Of a stretch of DNA of 36,659 bases, positions 22,961 through 35,999 are shown piece by piece. Below the pieces are notes generated by a model, which had not been told where the DNA came from, made no database searches, and saw only the letters and a list, made by a program, of their open reading frames with translations. The stretch spans positions 1 through 36,659 of the forward strand of contig RBNJ01000208.1 in NCBI GenBank assembly GCA_003990765.1. The letters are read 5' to 3'. The DNA is from Jimgerdemannia flammicorona (Eukaryota). Each line of letters opens with the position of its first letter. Within the stretch, counting starts at the first letter, position 1. The translations under genes were made by a program, and so were the position numbers.

Positions 22961-23225
22961 TTCCGTTGTTCCTTTTTCCGACTCCAAAGTTATCCCATTT
23001 TCTTTTGTATTTTCTTTGCGCTCAGCCATAAATGGATGAAACACAAAAAAAATGTTTCAATATTGGAACAGGTTGCTACCAATAACTCTATTGAATATAC
23101 AGCATTGGACAGCTCTGCTCCATTTTGGGAAAGTTTTACGTCTTATCCAGGACGAGCAGCATAAGCCGTTAGTCGAAAAAAATTGGTTCAAAGCCCAACT
23201 AGGGGTATTTGAATGATTCATCGCC

Positions 23226-24090
23226 CTTTGTCCTTTCAACCTTTTGCGAAAGCCCGAACCATCCCACACATAAGGTGGGAGCGCCCTCGAATTTCCGGAG
23301 AACCCGAAAACCAAAGCCAGTGGTCGCAAGCAAGCAAGCAATTGAAAGGAAAAGTTGATAGGTGAAAATACGCATTCCCAGCCAAGAGGTGCTCGCTCTC
23401 TTTATAAGAGGCTAATGCGAAATGTTCAAGGTTAAGGGGGCCACTTTGTCCTTTCAACCTTTTGCAAAAGCCTGAACCATCCCACACATCAGGTGGGAGC
23501 GCCCTCGAATTTCCGGAGAACCCGAAAACCAAAGCTGCTGGTCGTATGCAAGCAAGCAATTGAAAGGGAAGTTGATAGGTTGATAGCCAAAATACGCATT
23601 CCCAGCCAAGAGGTGCTCGCTCTCTTTATAAGAGGCTAATGCGAGACGTTCAAGGTTAAGGGGGCCACTTTGTCCTTTCAACCTTTTGCAAAAGCCTGAA
23701 CCATCCCACACATAAGGTGGGAGCGCCCTCGAATTTCCGGAGAACCCGAAAACCAAAGCCAGTGGTCGCAAGCAAGCAAGCAATTGAAAGGAAAAGTTGA
23801 TAAGTTGATAGGCGAAAATACGCATTCCCAGCCAAGAGGTGCTCGCTCTCTTTATAAGAGGCTAATGCCCCCTTTGTCCTTTCAACCTTTTGCAAAAGCC
23901 TGAACCATCCCACACATAAGGAGGAAGCGCCCTCGAATTTCCGGAGAACCCGAAAACAAAAGCTGCTGGTCGTAAGCAAGCAAGCAATTGAAAGGAAAAA
24001 TTGATAGGTTGATAGCCAAAATACGCATTCCCAGCCAAGAGACGCCCGCTATCTTCATAAGATGCTAATGCGAGACGTTCAGCTAAAGGA
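23226..24090. repeat. ~204-224-bp tandem repeat, 4 highly similar copies plus a degenerate tail to ~24260
   Basis: Unit start CTTTGTCCTTTCAACCTTTTGC at 23226, 23444, 23668 and 23872. Confidence 0.95.
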
Positions 24091-26590
24091 TCAAAGCTAA
24101 TAGAAAACAGGAAATAATCCTTTAGCCTTTGAGTGTAGGAAAAGTTTATAAATTGAGAGGACAAAAATACGCCTTCGCAACCAAGAGACGCTAGTGCGAA
24201 CGTTCAAGGTTCTAGTGACTAAATGGATCAAAGCCAATTGAAAACTGGAGATAATCCTTTAGTCTTTAGGAGTATTTTAAGGAAATGTTGCCAGGATTTC
24301 CTTTAGGGAGAGAAGCATAGCATATTTGAGATATGCACAGCCTGCTAACTCTCTTCGCCCTTTCCCCTCACATATCCTAAACCCCTAATTTGGAAAAGGG
24401 GTTCGAGTGCACTATATTCCGTGGCTAGCGTTTCCAAAACCGAATAGCGGTAAACCTATGACCACAGTCGTGCCAAGGTGCGTTTGATGCTCAAAAGTCT
24501 CCAAAATCGCTCAGATTGTGCCCAATTGAGAATATGTTGATGACATCTTCAAGATTTGCCGATTACGTCAACTTTGCCGTTTTTTTTTTTTTTTTTTTTC
24601 CCCCACCACTCACCTGTTTTTTTTTTTTTTTTTTTGACCGCGACCAATCACGTGTTTCTTATTTTAGTTTTGCGGCAATAATCGGCGTCACCATGTTATA
24701 GTCACGTGGAACGTTGTCGTCGTACCAACCACCCGCCGCGACACTGGCGTGGTGTCCACCGTCGCTTCACAACTTGTAGTGTTGCCTCCACGGCACGTTG
24801 CGTCACATACTTATCGGCGACGATCCTCGCAGGGACTTCGAACACTTAAAACACAAAATATATTTTCGCGCTCTATGCACGCTCAGGAAACCAAACCAAC
24901 CTCGCTCATCGTCTAAGCAACAAGCATGACCATCAAAACCTTCTCGGAAGCACCTCTACGAAGACAACGCCGATACGATCGAGGCCTTAGACACAGCGCG
25001 CGGCCTGACGACCCCAAGACAAAGCCGGAAATTTGTATGAGGCGTTGTATAAGCGAGTGACGTTTGAGAACGGGATTGCAGAGGCGGGATGAAAGGGGAT
25101 GCTGAAGGAGATAAGGGAGGTCGGGAAGAGGGCCAAAGTTGTAAGGACAATACGTGCTGAGATAGTTTATCTCGTTGGCTGGCAAGCTTTCGTTGCGCCA
25201 TTTAAAAGAATATTGCATAATGCTTAAAAAGCATTGTAAATCTATTTCCTGCGAGGGGTTCTCACGGTTGACTGTGAAGAGAAATCAATATATGCAGGCA
25301 GGATTTTAACAATAAGGAGAAGTTACAAACACTTTCGCAATCTGAGCAACACTATAAAATATGGTTATATTAATGTTTTTTTTTTTTTTTTTTAAAAGAA
25401 AAAAAGTCTTTACGATGGTATGCATATCATATAAATGCTTTTACGCATGTCATTGCATCGTGACCGTCTGCATCTTTATCCTACAAATTTCGAAATGTGA
25501 GATCGACATCCCGTGGCCGTGGCTTTGAAAGTACTTCTTGCGTTTTGTGTCCCATACCGTTCTACATTCCTCCATTTTGCAGTCCATCCTCGTAGTGAGG
25601 GTCATCGCCATCCATAACGACTTACCATCCCCCAACTGCTAGCCATTCCACACAGGCTAACCATCTTTGGCGACTAATTGCCATACCCATTAAAGTGCAT
25701 CGCCACTCAGCCGCCATGCATCAGTGGCAGTGGCAAGTTGTTGCTCTGCTGCAATCTTTACCCATTCACCCGAAAGCATCACCCTTATACATCTCTCTGC
25801 GGATTATTTTCTCCCAAAAGGTAATTATTCCCCTGAAACTTTTAGCTTCTTCAAGCAAGGCCCAATGTTGCACAGCGAGGTTTACCATCGTCCGCCCCAT
25901 GGCAATTCGTCACTTAGCAGCAACTCATTACCCAGTGGCAGGTCTTTGCCCAGCGATAACTGGTATCTCTTCATCATTCCTAGCAAACCCTATTGTTGCT
26001 ATGTTTGTTTATCACCCAGCAGTAATGCAGGCCGTTACCCTTCCCCCAGTCGCAAGTTGTCGTTCGTCTGCAAATCGTCGCTCAGCAGCATGTCATCTCC
26101 TAACGGCAGGAGAAGAAACTGGGTAGGGGAGGATGGTTCAGGTGATGATGGCTATGGTAGGACATGTCATTGTGATCGAGTGGGAAAAGAATGGGAATAT
26201 GGAAGGGTAATTCGAATTTCGGGATTGGGGAGTAATATTTGAGCGGTTGGAATTTGATTAGGTAGCTCATTCCGCGATCCAAGTATGTTAAATACAATTT
26301 TTATTATTATTATTTTCAACCCAGAACTGACAATATGCCCCGAAAACGCCACTTCAGATCTAAAATAACTGTGCTACATATTTTTACCTCTGCCGACGTA
26401 TCCAAGACCAAGGAATCCAGAGACAAAGTGGTATTTTATCTCGCCAAAGTTCCGAACGATCCGCAGAAGTGGCATGATTCTGGGTACGGATCCATTTTTT
26501 TAGAGGGAGATTAATCCTCCGAACATGATGGGACAGATCATTGATTGGTGATGTTTCGATCGGAGCCTCCTCCAACGAACTTGTGGATGT

Positions 26591-28134
26591 TGTAACAGAC
26601 CAAAATGTACTACCCAAATTATAACTTAGCCAGATGATGTGAACAATTAACATACTTACTCAGCATGACTTGACTTCCAGTGTATTATAGTTACTCATGC
26701 CCACTACACTTATAATTAGCCAAGACACCAGATCAGAATTGTTTACTTGTGTCCTGTGGACACACTCATGTCCTGCGGACACACTCATGTCCTGCAGACA
26801 CACTCATGTCTGGCGGACACACTTATGTCCGGCAGACACACTCATGTCCTGTGGACACACCTGTACCCAGAGGACACACCCAAACATTACCGAAGATAGC
26901 AAATCTATAGTTAGCCACATAGTAACCAGATAGCAATCAACTTGTATAAATTACCCCAGAGGCGCGAGTGAATAAAACCTCAGTCCAAAAAGTCCGAAAT
27001 TGAAGCAAAAGACAAGTCTGCCTACCACACTTCGAGAGGAACTCTACAGCCACTGTTAGGAGATTATGAGCTTATTTCCCCTTATTCCCACTCCGGTCCA
27101 CTTTCCGATACAAAGAACGAGTTCATTTTTGGTTCGCTTGCCAGATAAGCCTGAAGAATCCCAGTTTTCTGCCAAGTTCAAGGAAGAACTTCGCCGCATT
27201 CCCAGAGAAAGCTGCCTTGCCCAAGCCAGTTTCTGATGCAACTTCACAGTGATCCATTTGTGCAAATGAAGCCAGTCTTTGATGCAACTTTGCCAAGAGA
27301 CCCTTTCCACGCCGCCAGTTGTTTGTATTCCCAGTTGAAGCTGCCGATTTAGAAGAATCTGCACCACCCGAGTTATTTCCCAGAAGCCCACCAATTCAGG
27401 AAGAATCTGCGCCATCCTGTTTCCCAGTTAAGAGCCTGCCGATTCAGGAAGAATCTGCATCACCCACCATTTCTAAGCTATCCGCTGCATTCCCAGAAGA
27501 GCTATCCGAGTTCTTCATTATTCCCAGTGAGCCTAGGAAGAATCCACGCCACACAATTCCCAGTGAGCCCGAGTTATCGAGTTATCCACCACCTGAGATA
27601 ATTCCCAGTTGAAGCCACCGAGTTATCTGCATTCCCCGAGAACCCCGCCGTTTCAGGAAGAATCCGCGCCGTACAATTCCCAGTGAGCCAAATCGAGTTA
27701 TCAGCTAGTTTGCCACGTTCCCAGTTGACCCACATAAGGAACCCACCATGCTACACAGAGATTGTCGCACTACACGGAGATCGTTACGCAGAAATTGCAT
27801 AAGGAGAACCACTAAATTACCAGACCGTCACGCACAGAGATCATCGCGCTACACAAGACCGTTACCCAGAAATCACACACTTTTGGAGATCGCCTCGCTA
27901 TACAAAATTGTGCCATTCCCAGTTGACCCAAGAAGGAAAAGACATACAAATCGCCACTACACCCAGAGAACTGTCCCAATAAGGAAATCGTTCGCACAGT
28001 ATCCAGATCTTGACTATTATACTGCTAAAACACCAAGAATATTTTGTTGCTTTTAACAAAGTAACTGGGGGCTCAAGCCAAACTACATCAACCCCCAATC
28101 TTGTAATTTGCCTCCATTGAGCCAGCACGTTACA
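26591..28134 (+). mobile_element. 1544-bp solo LTR, CpG-retaining, same family as the 17861 and 19951 LTRs
   Basis: TGTAAC...GTTACA inverted termini with a perfect 4-bp TSD ATGT (26587-26590 / 28135-28138). TATAAA at ~26945 is followed by AATAAA at 26971. Contains internal TTCCCAGTTGA and GGAAGAATCTGC repeats. Confidence 0.88.
26751..26880. repeat. 19-bp tandem repeat (GTCCTGCGGACACACTCAT, 6-7 copies) in the LTR U3
   Basis: Direct tandem copies with no spacers. Each contains a TGTCC-N3-GGACA dyad. Confidence 0.9.
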
Positions 28135-28639
28135 ATGTATAGAGATATCCTATCCCTATAAGCAATACACCAAATAGTGGAGGGCTTGGCTTCAACTATC
28201 CTGGCCATATTATTCCACATGCCCAATTTTGACAAATAATTAACTATATTCTTACTAAAAAACATCACCCAAAGATAACAAGTGTATTGCAATATACAAC
28301 TTGAGTAATGAGCGATTTGTGGCTTGTATTTAGATGTAGACATCATCAATGTTGACGTCATTATTCCTTACATCACCAATTTACAACACATCCCCCCCAC
28401 CCCCCCTTTCGTGCTTTCTCCAGTAAATATAGCAAAATTCCAATAAAGTGCAAGCTGAACTGTTTTAAACTGAATAAAAGCAGAAAACAGATTTATCTAT
28501 ATAAATTTATTATTAAGTATTCTGGGAAGAAATGCTGAAAGATACAATATTAAAAAAATTAATATACTTCTCTTACATCTTTTCTCTCCCCCCTCTTTCC
28601 CCCTCCCTCCTCTCTCCCAAAAAAAAAAAATATAATAAA

Positions 28640-30330
28640 AAAATGAAGATATTTTGAGTTACTACTATGGTCCCAAACTCAATTCACTATATCAGCAAGA
28701 ATGTAGAGAGGTTTCTCAAAATAATTTTGAATGAATATAAATACTGAGATTATATATCTTCTAAAGCTTTTTATATACTCTAGATCAGATAGGCAACTGC
28801 ATGAGATGTGTAATTGCTTTAGAGTCTTGATATAGAAGATAGAATGAAGAAGTAATGTGAGTACGATCTAATAAAGTATAGTTTATATAGCTAGATAAAT
28901 TAAATTAATAATATAAAAATATAAGAATAGTGAAGAGAATATATTCATATTGTTAAAGTCACTGAATCTAAAAGAAACAAAGTTTATTTGAGGTTGTCTA
29001 GATCTGAAAGAGCTGATAATTCATTTGGAATTATGATGATAAAAATAAAATTAGGATTAGTAAATATATAATATAACTCAGTAAAAAATAAACTATCTAA
29101 TCATATTTCAAATCTTTTAAAATCCAAATTTTAGCTACTCTAATTTTTACTAAATTGATATAACATATCAATCTGAATGTCAATCTCTGTTGTTTTCTCT
29201 TTTCTCATTCTTATACTCTCAATCACAATTACCTTTCTAATTATAAATATTATGAACTTATCTTATCAGATAACTTACCAGTGGGCAATGATTTCTTTCT
29301 GAGCAATAATATACTGCTAGATGGTTTTTTGTAAGCAATACCTTACTACTAAGAAGAGAGAATTATTTATAGTTATAGGTGACAAATCTCTTGATAGCAT
29401 ATTTATATAAGATAACTATAAGTCTTATTTAACTTAATGGAAATAGTAAAGAAGAGACATATTGTCACTGATTAATATTTATTCTCTAGTAGTAGCAAAT
29501 AGTCTCTATAGAGATAAATAGCTACTGAGAATAATTAAAAATTAAATATAACTCTACAACTATATGTTTTTAAGTAAATAGATGAAGTTTGCAGTAGTAT
29601 AATAACTTGTAACAGCAGTTAATAAATAGAACAATAATTGACCTTGATGAGTATGAGATTGACTACTGAAAGATAGAGAGCTACCATAATAAGGCAAGCA
29701 GTAAATAAGTTAATGACTGCTGAAAATGATAATGAATAATATCACAATAGAGATATAAGTTGGTTTTAAAAGTCACCATCAGTTTTTCATAGTGATGGTT
29801 ATGTGATCCACTATTCTGAGATCTGAAATAGTCTATTTAAATAGTTGGATTGATATTGATATATACATATATAATTCAATATCATCAAATAGTCTAATTT
29901 CTATGAGGTGCAATGCTAAAACAGCCACTATCTCACTTGATTAATTGGTTTTTGGCTAATAACTACAAAAAAAAAAATCAGAATGAGAATATCTTAACTA
30001 TATGTATATACTCTCATTAATCCAATCTACTTTATCTCTTTCCAATTTATTTACCAGTTGATTTTCCTTTTTTGTTATTGATGTATTTGTATATATTGAC
30101 CATTCAAGTATACCAGATATATATAGGTTTCCAAAGTCTGGATAGACTTAGATATATCCTATAATGTTAATGACTCAGCTATAAGAATTTTAGCCTTAAC
30201 TTTTCAGCAAGTATACCTTGGTGTAAAATATAATAGAAATTTAGTATTAATAAGGAGCAGATCTTTCAAAACACCTTTTTGATAAATTTCCTATGTAAAG
30301 TATTTCCCAAGTCTTTCTTTGATGGCGTGC
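28640..30330 (+). pseudogene. AT-rich, CpG-depleted relic, possibly an intron-containing LRR/F-box-type gene
   Basis: LRR-like peptides GCLDLKELII (~28995) and IDLDISYNVNDSAIRILA (~30145). Intron-like GTAAGC...CTAAG...TAG at 29331-29378. Abundant stops. Confidence 0.3.
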
Positions 30331-30648
30331 TTCTTGTCTAATTGTTCCAGTGGTTCGGAATTTTCACTAACATTGCACAATTATACCGAAACCCCTCGAG
30401 AACCATATGACTTGTAACTCATGAGTGATGCCTCGCGACGGTGTAGTGTGCTTTAACCCTAAATTTAATAACTTCCTTATTTTTTATTAGTTATTGATAT
30501 ATATTTTTCCCAGTTCAATGTTGTGTGGCTTAGTGGTAGCATATGTATGCAATCACTGTGTTGGTAGGATCATGATGACATCAAACTTAATTGACTGACG
30601 TAGGAGAAAAATAAAATTTCATTGTTTAGTTCAGTATCCGGATTATTT

Positions 30649-30678
30649 TATATCCTTCTTGTCTTTTTTTTTTTTTTT

Positions 30679-30725
<47 letters not shown>

Positions 30726-30746
30726 AGTGTATATCCTTCTTGTCTT
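30649..30746 (-). mobile_element. Poly(A)-only retro-insertion flanked by a 17-bp direct repeat
   Basis: TATATCCTTCTTGTCTT occurs at 30649-30665 and 30730-30746, enclosing a ~55-nt T tract plus ACACAAGTG. Confidence 0.6.
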
Positions 30747-30799
30747 CCCTCCAACCCCTACTTATAGCAACATCAAAAAAAGGCCACATCTTTCGTACC

Positions 30800-33700
30800 A
30801 ACCATTTTCAAACTCCACGGCTACCGTTTATACGACGCGCCTCACTGGCCTTAAAACGACGCGCTACACCACGTCACGCTCCCTGACCGCCTCGTAGCTG
30901 CAACTACGTCGTACCCCCCGGGCTCTATCACGACGCGCTCCACCACGATGCACTCTATCACGACACCCTCCACTGCGACGCGCTCTATCACTCAAGGCCA
31001 TCCCGAGCTGCTACCACATCGCGCCCGGTTCCTGTCACGACACACTCCACCGCTGAGGGCTCCACTACGACGCCCTCCACGGCGGCGCTCTCCAACACTC
31101 AAGGCCGCGCCCCGCGGGTCCTATCACGACGTGCTCCCCACTCAAGGCCCTTCCGTGCCGGCTACTATGTCGCGCCCCGCGGGCCCAATCACGCTCCACG
31201 ACGACGCACTCAACCACGACAACTCAAATCTGTCCCGTGGCTGCTATCACGTCGCGCCCCGCCGTCCCTATCATGACGCGCTCCACTATGACGCGCTCCA
31301 CCACGGCACTCTCCACTGCGACTCGCTTCACCACTCAAGGACGTCCCGTGGCTGCCCTATCACGACATGCTCCACGGTCCATACCACGATGCGCTCAACC
31401 ACGGCGCGCTCCACCATGACCCCTTCTACTGCGACGCGCTTTACCACTCAAGGCCTTTCCGTGACTGCTCTATCACGACGCGCTCCACCACTCCAAGCCA
31501 TCCCCCATGACGCACACCGTCACTGCTACTATTACATGCCCCACGGCTACAAGCGCAACGCACCCTGTGGAAGCTGCAGCGACGTGTCCCACCGCTCCTA
31601 TATCTATGGGCCCTGCTACCACTAGAGCGTCGTTCCCCGTGACCTTTTCCACAACCCGCCATACCGCTTCTAGCACTACGATCCCCGCCGCCACTCCAAC
31701 GACACGTCGAGCGACTGCTAGCACAACTGACCCCATGACTGCCACCTGGATGCGCCTCGCCGCTTCTATCGTATTCACCCCACCACTATTCCAACAACGC
31801 GCCCAACGGCTGCCACCTCAACGCGCCTTGCCACTTCTATCACGATGCACCCTACCGCTGCTCCAACGAAGCACCTAGCGGCTGCTACCACAATTGGTCC
31901 TGTGGCTGCCACCTCAACACGCCCCGCAGCAGCTAGCACCTCGCAAGGTGACCACGCCACCGCTCCAACGACGCACCAGCAGTTTCTAACATAACGACCG
32001 TGGCTATCACCCACGCCATGGAATTCCATCGGAGAGACTGGATCGATTACCATTTCCCAATGCCAAGGGCCGTTCGATTTGACAAGAGCGATATCATTGC
32101 ACCTGTCCCACTTTTCCTATCGTCCGTCATGCCCTATCCACAGTATATTATTTGCGCACAATGTGGAGGCCTTCATTATCGCATCATTTCCCGACCGTTT
32201 AAAACCATGCTCGCAAGGGAACTGGACCATCTCAGCGGTGACAAGATCTTCCAGAGGTTGCCGAAACACTATATACGGCACTTTTGGACTATCGTCTCGT
32301 CCATATCCAATTTGTTCCTTTTGAAGAACTAGACACGGAGGAAGTCCTGAATCGAGCTCCAAGTCAACCTCCGCAATCTCCCGCGAAACAACGACGAGTG
32401 ATAATCACAATGGTTCCAACGAGAAATGGAGAAAGACTCGAACACAGATATTAATCAAACTCTGCAATCTCCCATCGAACAACTGAACAAAAATCCTAAC
32501 CGACCTCTGCAATCTCCCGTCAAACAATGCCAAACCAGACCAACGTATTTCCGTCGCCCTTTCATTCTCGAAAATCCCGATATTCTCACCAGTAACGAGA
32601 ACAGCATATGACCGCAAGTGGGTAACGAGTTGCGGGACAATAACTGCCTCGACCACGACGCGCTCCACCACGATGCGCTCAACCACGACTCAACCCTCCA
32701 CCACTCAAGGCCGTCCTGTGGCTGCTACTACGTCGAGCTCCGCGGGCCGCGCTCAAAAAAAAAAACGACGTGCTCTGCCACGACGCCATCCACTGCGACG
32801 CGCTCCACCACTCAAGGCCGTCCGTGGCTGTCCTATCACGAGGCGCTCTATGACGATACGCTCCACCGCAACACCCTCCACCTCGAATGCGATCCACAAC
32901 TCAATGCCGTCCCATGGCTGCCCCCCGAGGCTTTATCGCGACGCACTCCACCACGGCGCGCTCCACCACGACACTCTCCACCGCGACGCTCTCGACCATT
33001 TAAGGCCGTCCCGTGGTTGCTACACATCGAGCCCTGCGGGACCTATCACGACGCGTTCCAAAACGGCGCGCTCCACCACGATGCGCTCCACCACGATGCG
33101 CTCCAACATTACGCGCTCCACCACGATGCCCTCCACCGTGAAGCGCTCCACTACTCAAGGCCGTTCCGTGGCTGCTACTACGCCGCGCCTCGCTCCACCA
33201 CACCAGACCGTCCCTTGGATGCTTCTACGACGCGTCCTACGGCTGCTCTCACGCAAGACCGTCCCATTGATGTTTCTACAACGCTTCTACGACGCGCTCG
33301 CGGCTGCTAACACATCGCGTCCCGCGGGTCCTACAACGACGCACACCGCTACTGTTACTTACGGCTGCAAGGACAACGCATCCTGCGGCAGCTGCCATGA
33401 CGCATAGCAGCTTCTATAACTATGAGCCCTGCCACCACTACAGCGACGAGCCCGTGGCTTTCTCTCAACGAGCCATGCGGCTGCTACCTCGAAGCGCTAC
33501 GCCGCTTCTATCACTACGATCCCCGCCGCAGCTCCAACGATGCGCCCAGCGGCTACTAACGTAACAGATCCCGAAACTGCCACCTTGACGCGTCCCGCCT
33601 CCTCTACCCATATGCACTCTACATCTTCCAAACCCGAGTTGAATCGCACGACCTGGCAACGGCACGTCGTCGGAAAACTAAGCAGCTGCCGCTCCACCCG

Positions 33701-34865
33701 TGTCCGCGTCGCTGTCCATTACAAGCTCGACCTCGAAGCGACGGCAGGATTGATGTTCTTATTCGACCCGGATAAGAAGCCGTCCCTAGGGCTCCAGTCT
33801 CAACTCCAACGCCAATGTCAACGCTAATGTCAACAAAAATGCTGACGCCAGCATAAACGCAAAACGCCCATCCTAAGACCCGTCCACAACAGTCATGACA
33901 CACTGAAAAGTCGATGAAACCGCGAGAAGGGTGCCGCAGGAGAACTTGAATGTTCAAAGGCGCCGGTGTGTCCGAAAGGGTCGACAAATGTTTCGCCTGC
34001 ACCAGGAAGGATAATTGCCTGTTCAAAGTGTTCTGCGTTTTCAAAATTATTCGCACGCCACTGGATACCATCTCGGAGGCGTCAACGGCGATTGTTAGAC
34101 AGCACAAAGGCGAAATCATCGCGCTTGTTCCACATTTCACCACGCCCCACCCACAGTACCAGACCGGGAAACAAAAACGTTCGACCAACTCGGAATCCGC
34201 GCGCTTCACCAATTGTGCATTTTGTGCACCACCTCCAATCATTAGAAACCATGCTCGCAAGGGTGCATAGGCGACGACTGCTTCCAGAGGTTGCTGGCAC
34301 CCTATGAGCAGCATTCGTGCGACTAGTGTCTCACGTCCATATTCGACTAATTCCTATCGAGGGAGGAAGACCTGAATACATATTCTAGCCAACCTCCGCA
34401 ATTTCCCGTCAAACAACTACGAGTGATAACCATGTCCGACTAGAAATAGGGAGATACCGAAGACAGATCCTAGTCAACCTCTGCAATCTCCAGTCGAACA
34501 ACTACAAGTAACAGCCGTGATGGTTCCGACTAAAGACCTGAACACAGCTCCTAGCCGACCTCCGTAATCTCTCGTCAAACAAGTCCAACGTACCGCAATA
34601 CGCCTACCCAAGATAGCACGACATCATGTTCCTGAAATATTCAAACCTGACCAACGTACTACTGTCTCTCTCTCATTCTCGAGAATACCGATATGCTCAC
34701 CAATAACGAGAACAGCATGTGGCCGCAAGTCGTTAACCTGGGCCTCGGACTGGGATTCCCTAATTACACCGACATCCAGAACGTCGTTGTCATCTTTTGC
34801 ATGGGCTCTCCACCAGGATTTTCATATATAATCTATGTTGTCTGGCGCTGTATCAAGTACAACTG
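30800..34865 (+). repeat. Diverged tandem duplication: two blocks, each a C-rich low-complexity array followed by a coding-like segment
   Basis: The motifs CACGACGCGCTCCAC and CACTCAAGGCCGTCCCGTGGCTGCTAC recur in 30800-32000 and 32650-33620. 32200-32625 aligns with 34245-34735 (AAACCATGCTCGCAAGGG, CTTCCAGAGGTTGC, CAACCTCCGCAAT, TAACGAGAACAGCAT). Confidence 0.85.
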
Positions 34866-34919
<54 letters not shown>

Positions 34920-35060
34920 AAAAGAAAAAAATAAAAAGAAAAAGAACCCGAAAAAGAAACCGAAAAAGAAAAACAAAACAAAAAAGAAAAAGAAAAAGAA
35001 AAAGAAAAAGAAAAAGAAAGAAAAAAAAAAAGACTAGAAAAAAGACTAGAAAAAAAGAAA
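34866..35060 (+). repeat. Poly(A) tract decaying into a (GAAAAA)n microsatellite
   Basis: About 50 A residues followed by AAAAAG-type units. This explains the poly-Lys and poly-Phe ORFs. Confidence 0.9.
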
Positions 35061-35999
35061 TATTTCTGCCATTACCATAGGTCCCCAACACTCTCACCTG
35101 GTTGCTTACTGATGGAAACAGTGCCGGCGCGGCCATCCTTTTCCAGGCTTCATCTCGTCGTGTCAATTTCTACCGCTCCATCGTCTCATACACACATACA
35201 CGCAGATTACAATAGTCCATTTAGATGGGCTGCCATTTGGGATTTTAAGTATTTTTTTTTGTTTTTCGTTTTTTGTTTTTTGTTTTTTGTTTTTTGTTTT
35301 TTAATCCAGATACTGGATATGATATCAAATACTATTATATGATAGACTTTGGTAATAGAAATATATATCTAACTCAGCGAGGTTGGGTAATACACCAGCC
35401 TCGCATTTATCCCTTTCTCTTTATTTATTCCTTTTATTTTATAGGATTTGGGATCTACGTGTATGTGTGTATCGAGGCGATGGACTGCAGCATTGATAAG
35501 GGGGCATGCGGCATGGTAAGGATGCTCGCAAAGGCACCAACGTCGTCACATACGGTTAAAAAAGTGAGTAAGGGTTGGACAACGGACAAAAAGATGGCCG
35601 AAAAAATGGTTTGTTATCTGCGATGTATTCTATTCGTTGTTGTATGTACTAAATGGATATTAATACTGATTAGAAGATGAACATAACTTTTCGTATATAT
35701 TATTGACATGAATTCCAATTTTGGTATTCATATTTTAAATGGCAATTAATAAACCAAATGGAAACATGAATATGATATATTATTATTGTACATGTTTATT
35801 GATTGGCATTTTGGCAATTATTACGTGCGACACCACCTTCTCCTTGGGTTCCAAATCGCCATTAACCTATGCATTTAAGGCAAAGTTTTCTTTCGCATAA
35901 ATGTTCGAGTTGTATAGAATGTAGAAATAATGTCGCGTGAAAATGTCCTTTCGCGTAATGTTTGAGTCGTAAATGTCACGTAAAAATGGGCCGATGGTT

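Noticed and set aside
24396..24470. GGTTCGAGT B-box-like motif suggesting a tRNA or SINE
   Set aside because: No cloverleaf or correctly spaced A-box could be built.
25450..26590. Several 60-170-aa ORFs on both strands
   Set aside because: No recognisable motif or consistent frame was found. The region may be a decayed gene, but a call cannot be supported.
30948..33407. Long ORFs (225, 230 and 244 aa) rich in His/Thr/Arg
   Set aside because: They overlap in several frames and arise from stop-poor C-rich repeats, with no domain evidence.
34822..35166. Poly-Lys and poly-Phe ORFs (also 1620-1997 and 30622-30897)
   Set aside because: They are translations of homopolymer tracts.
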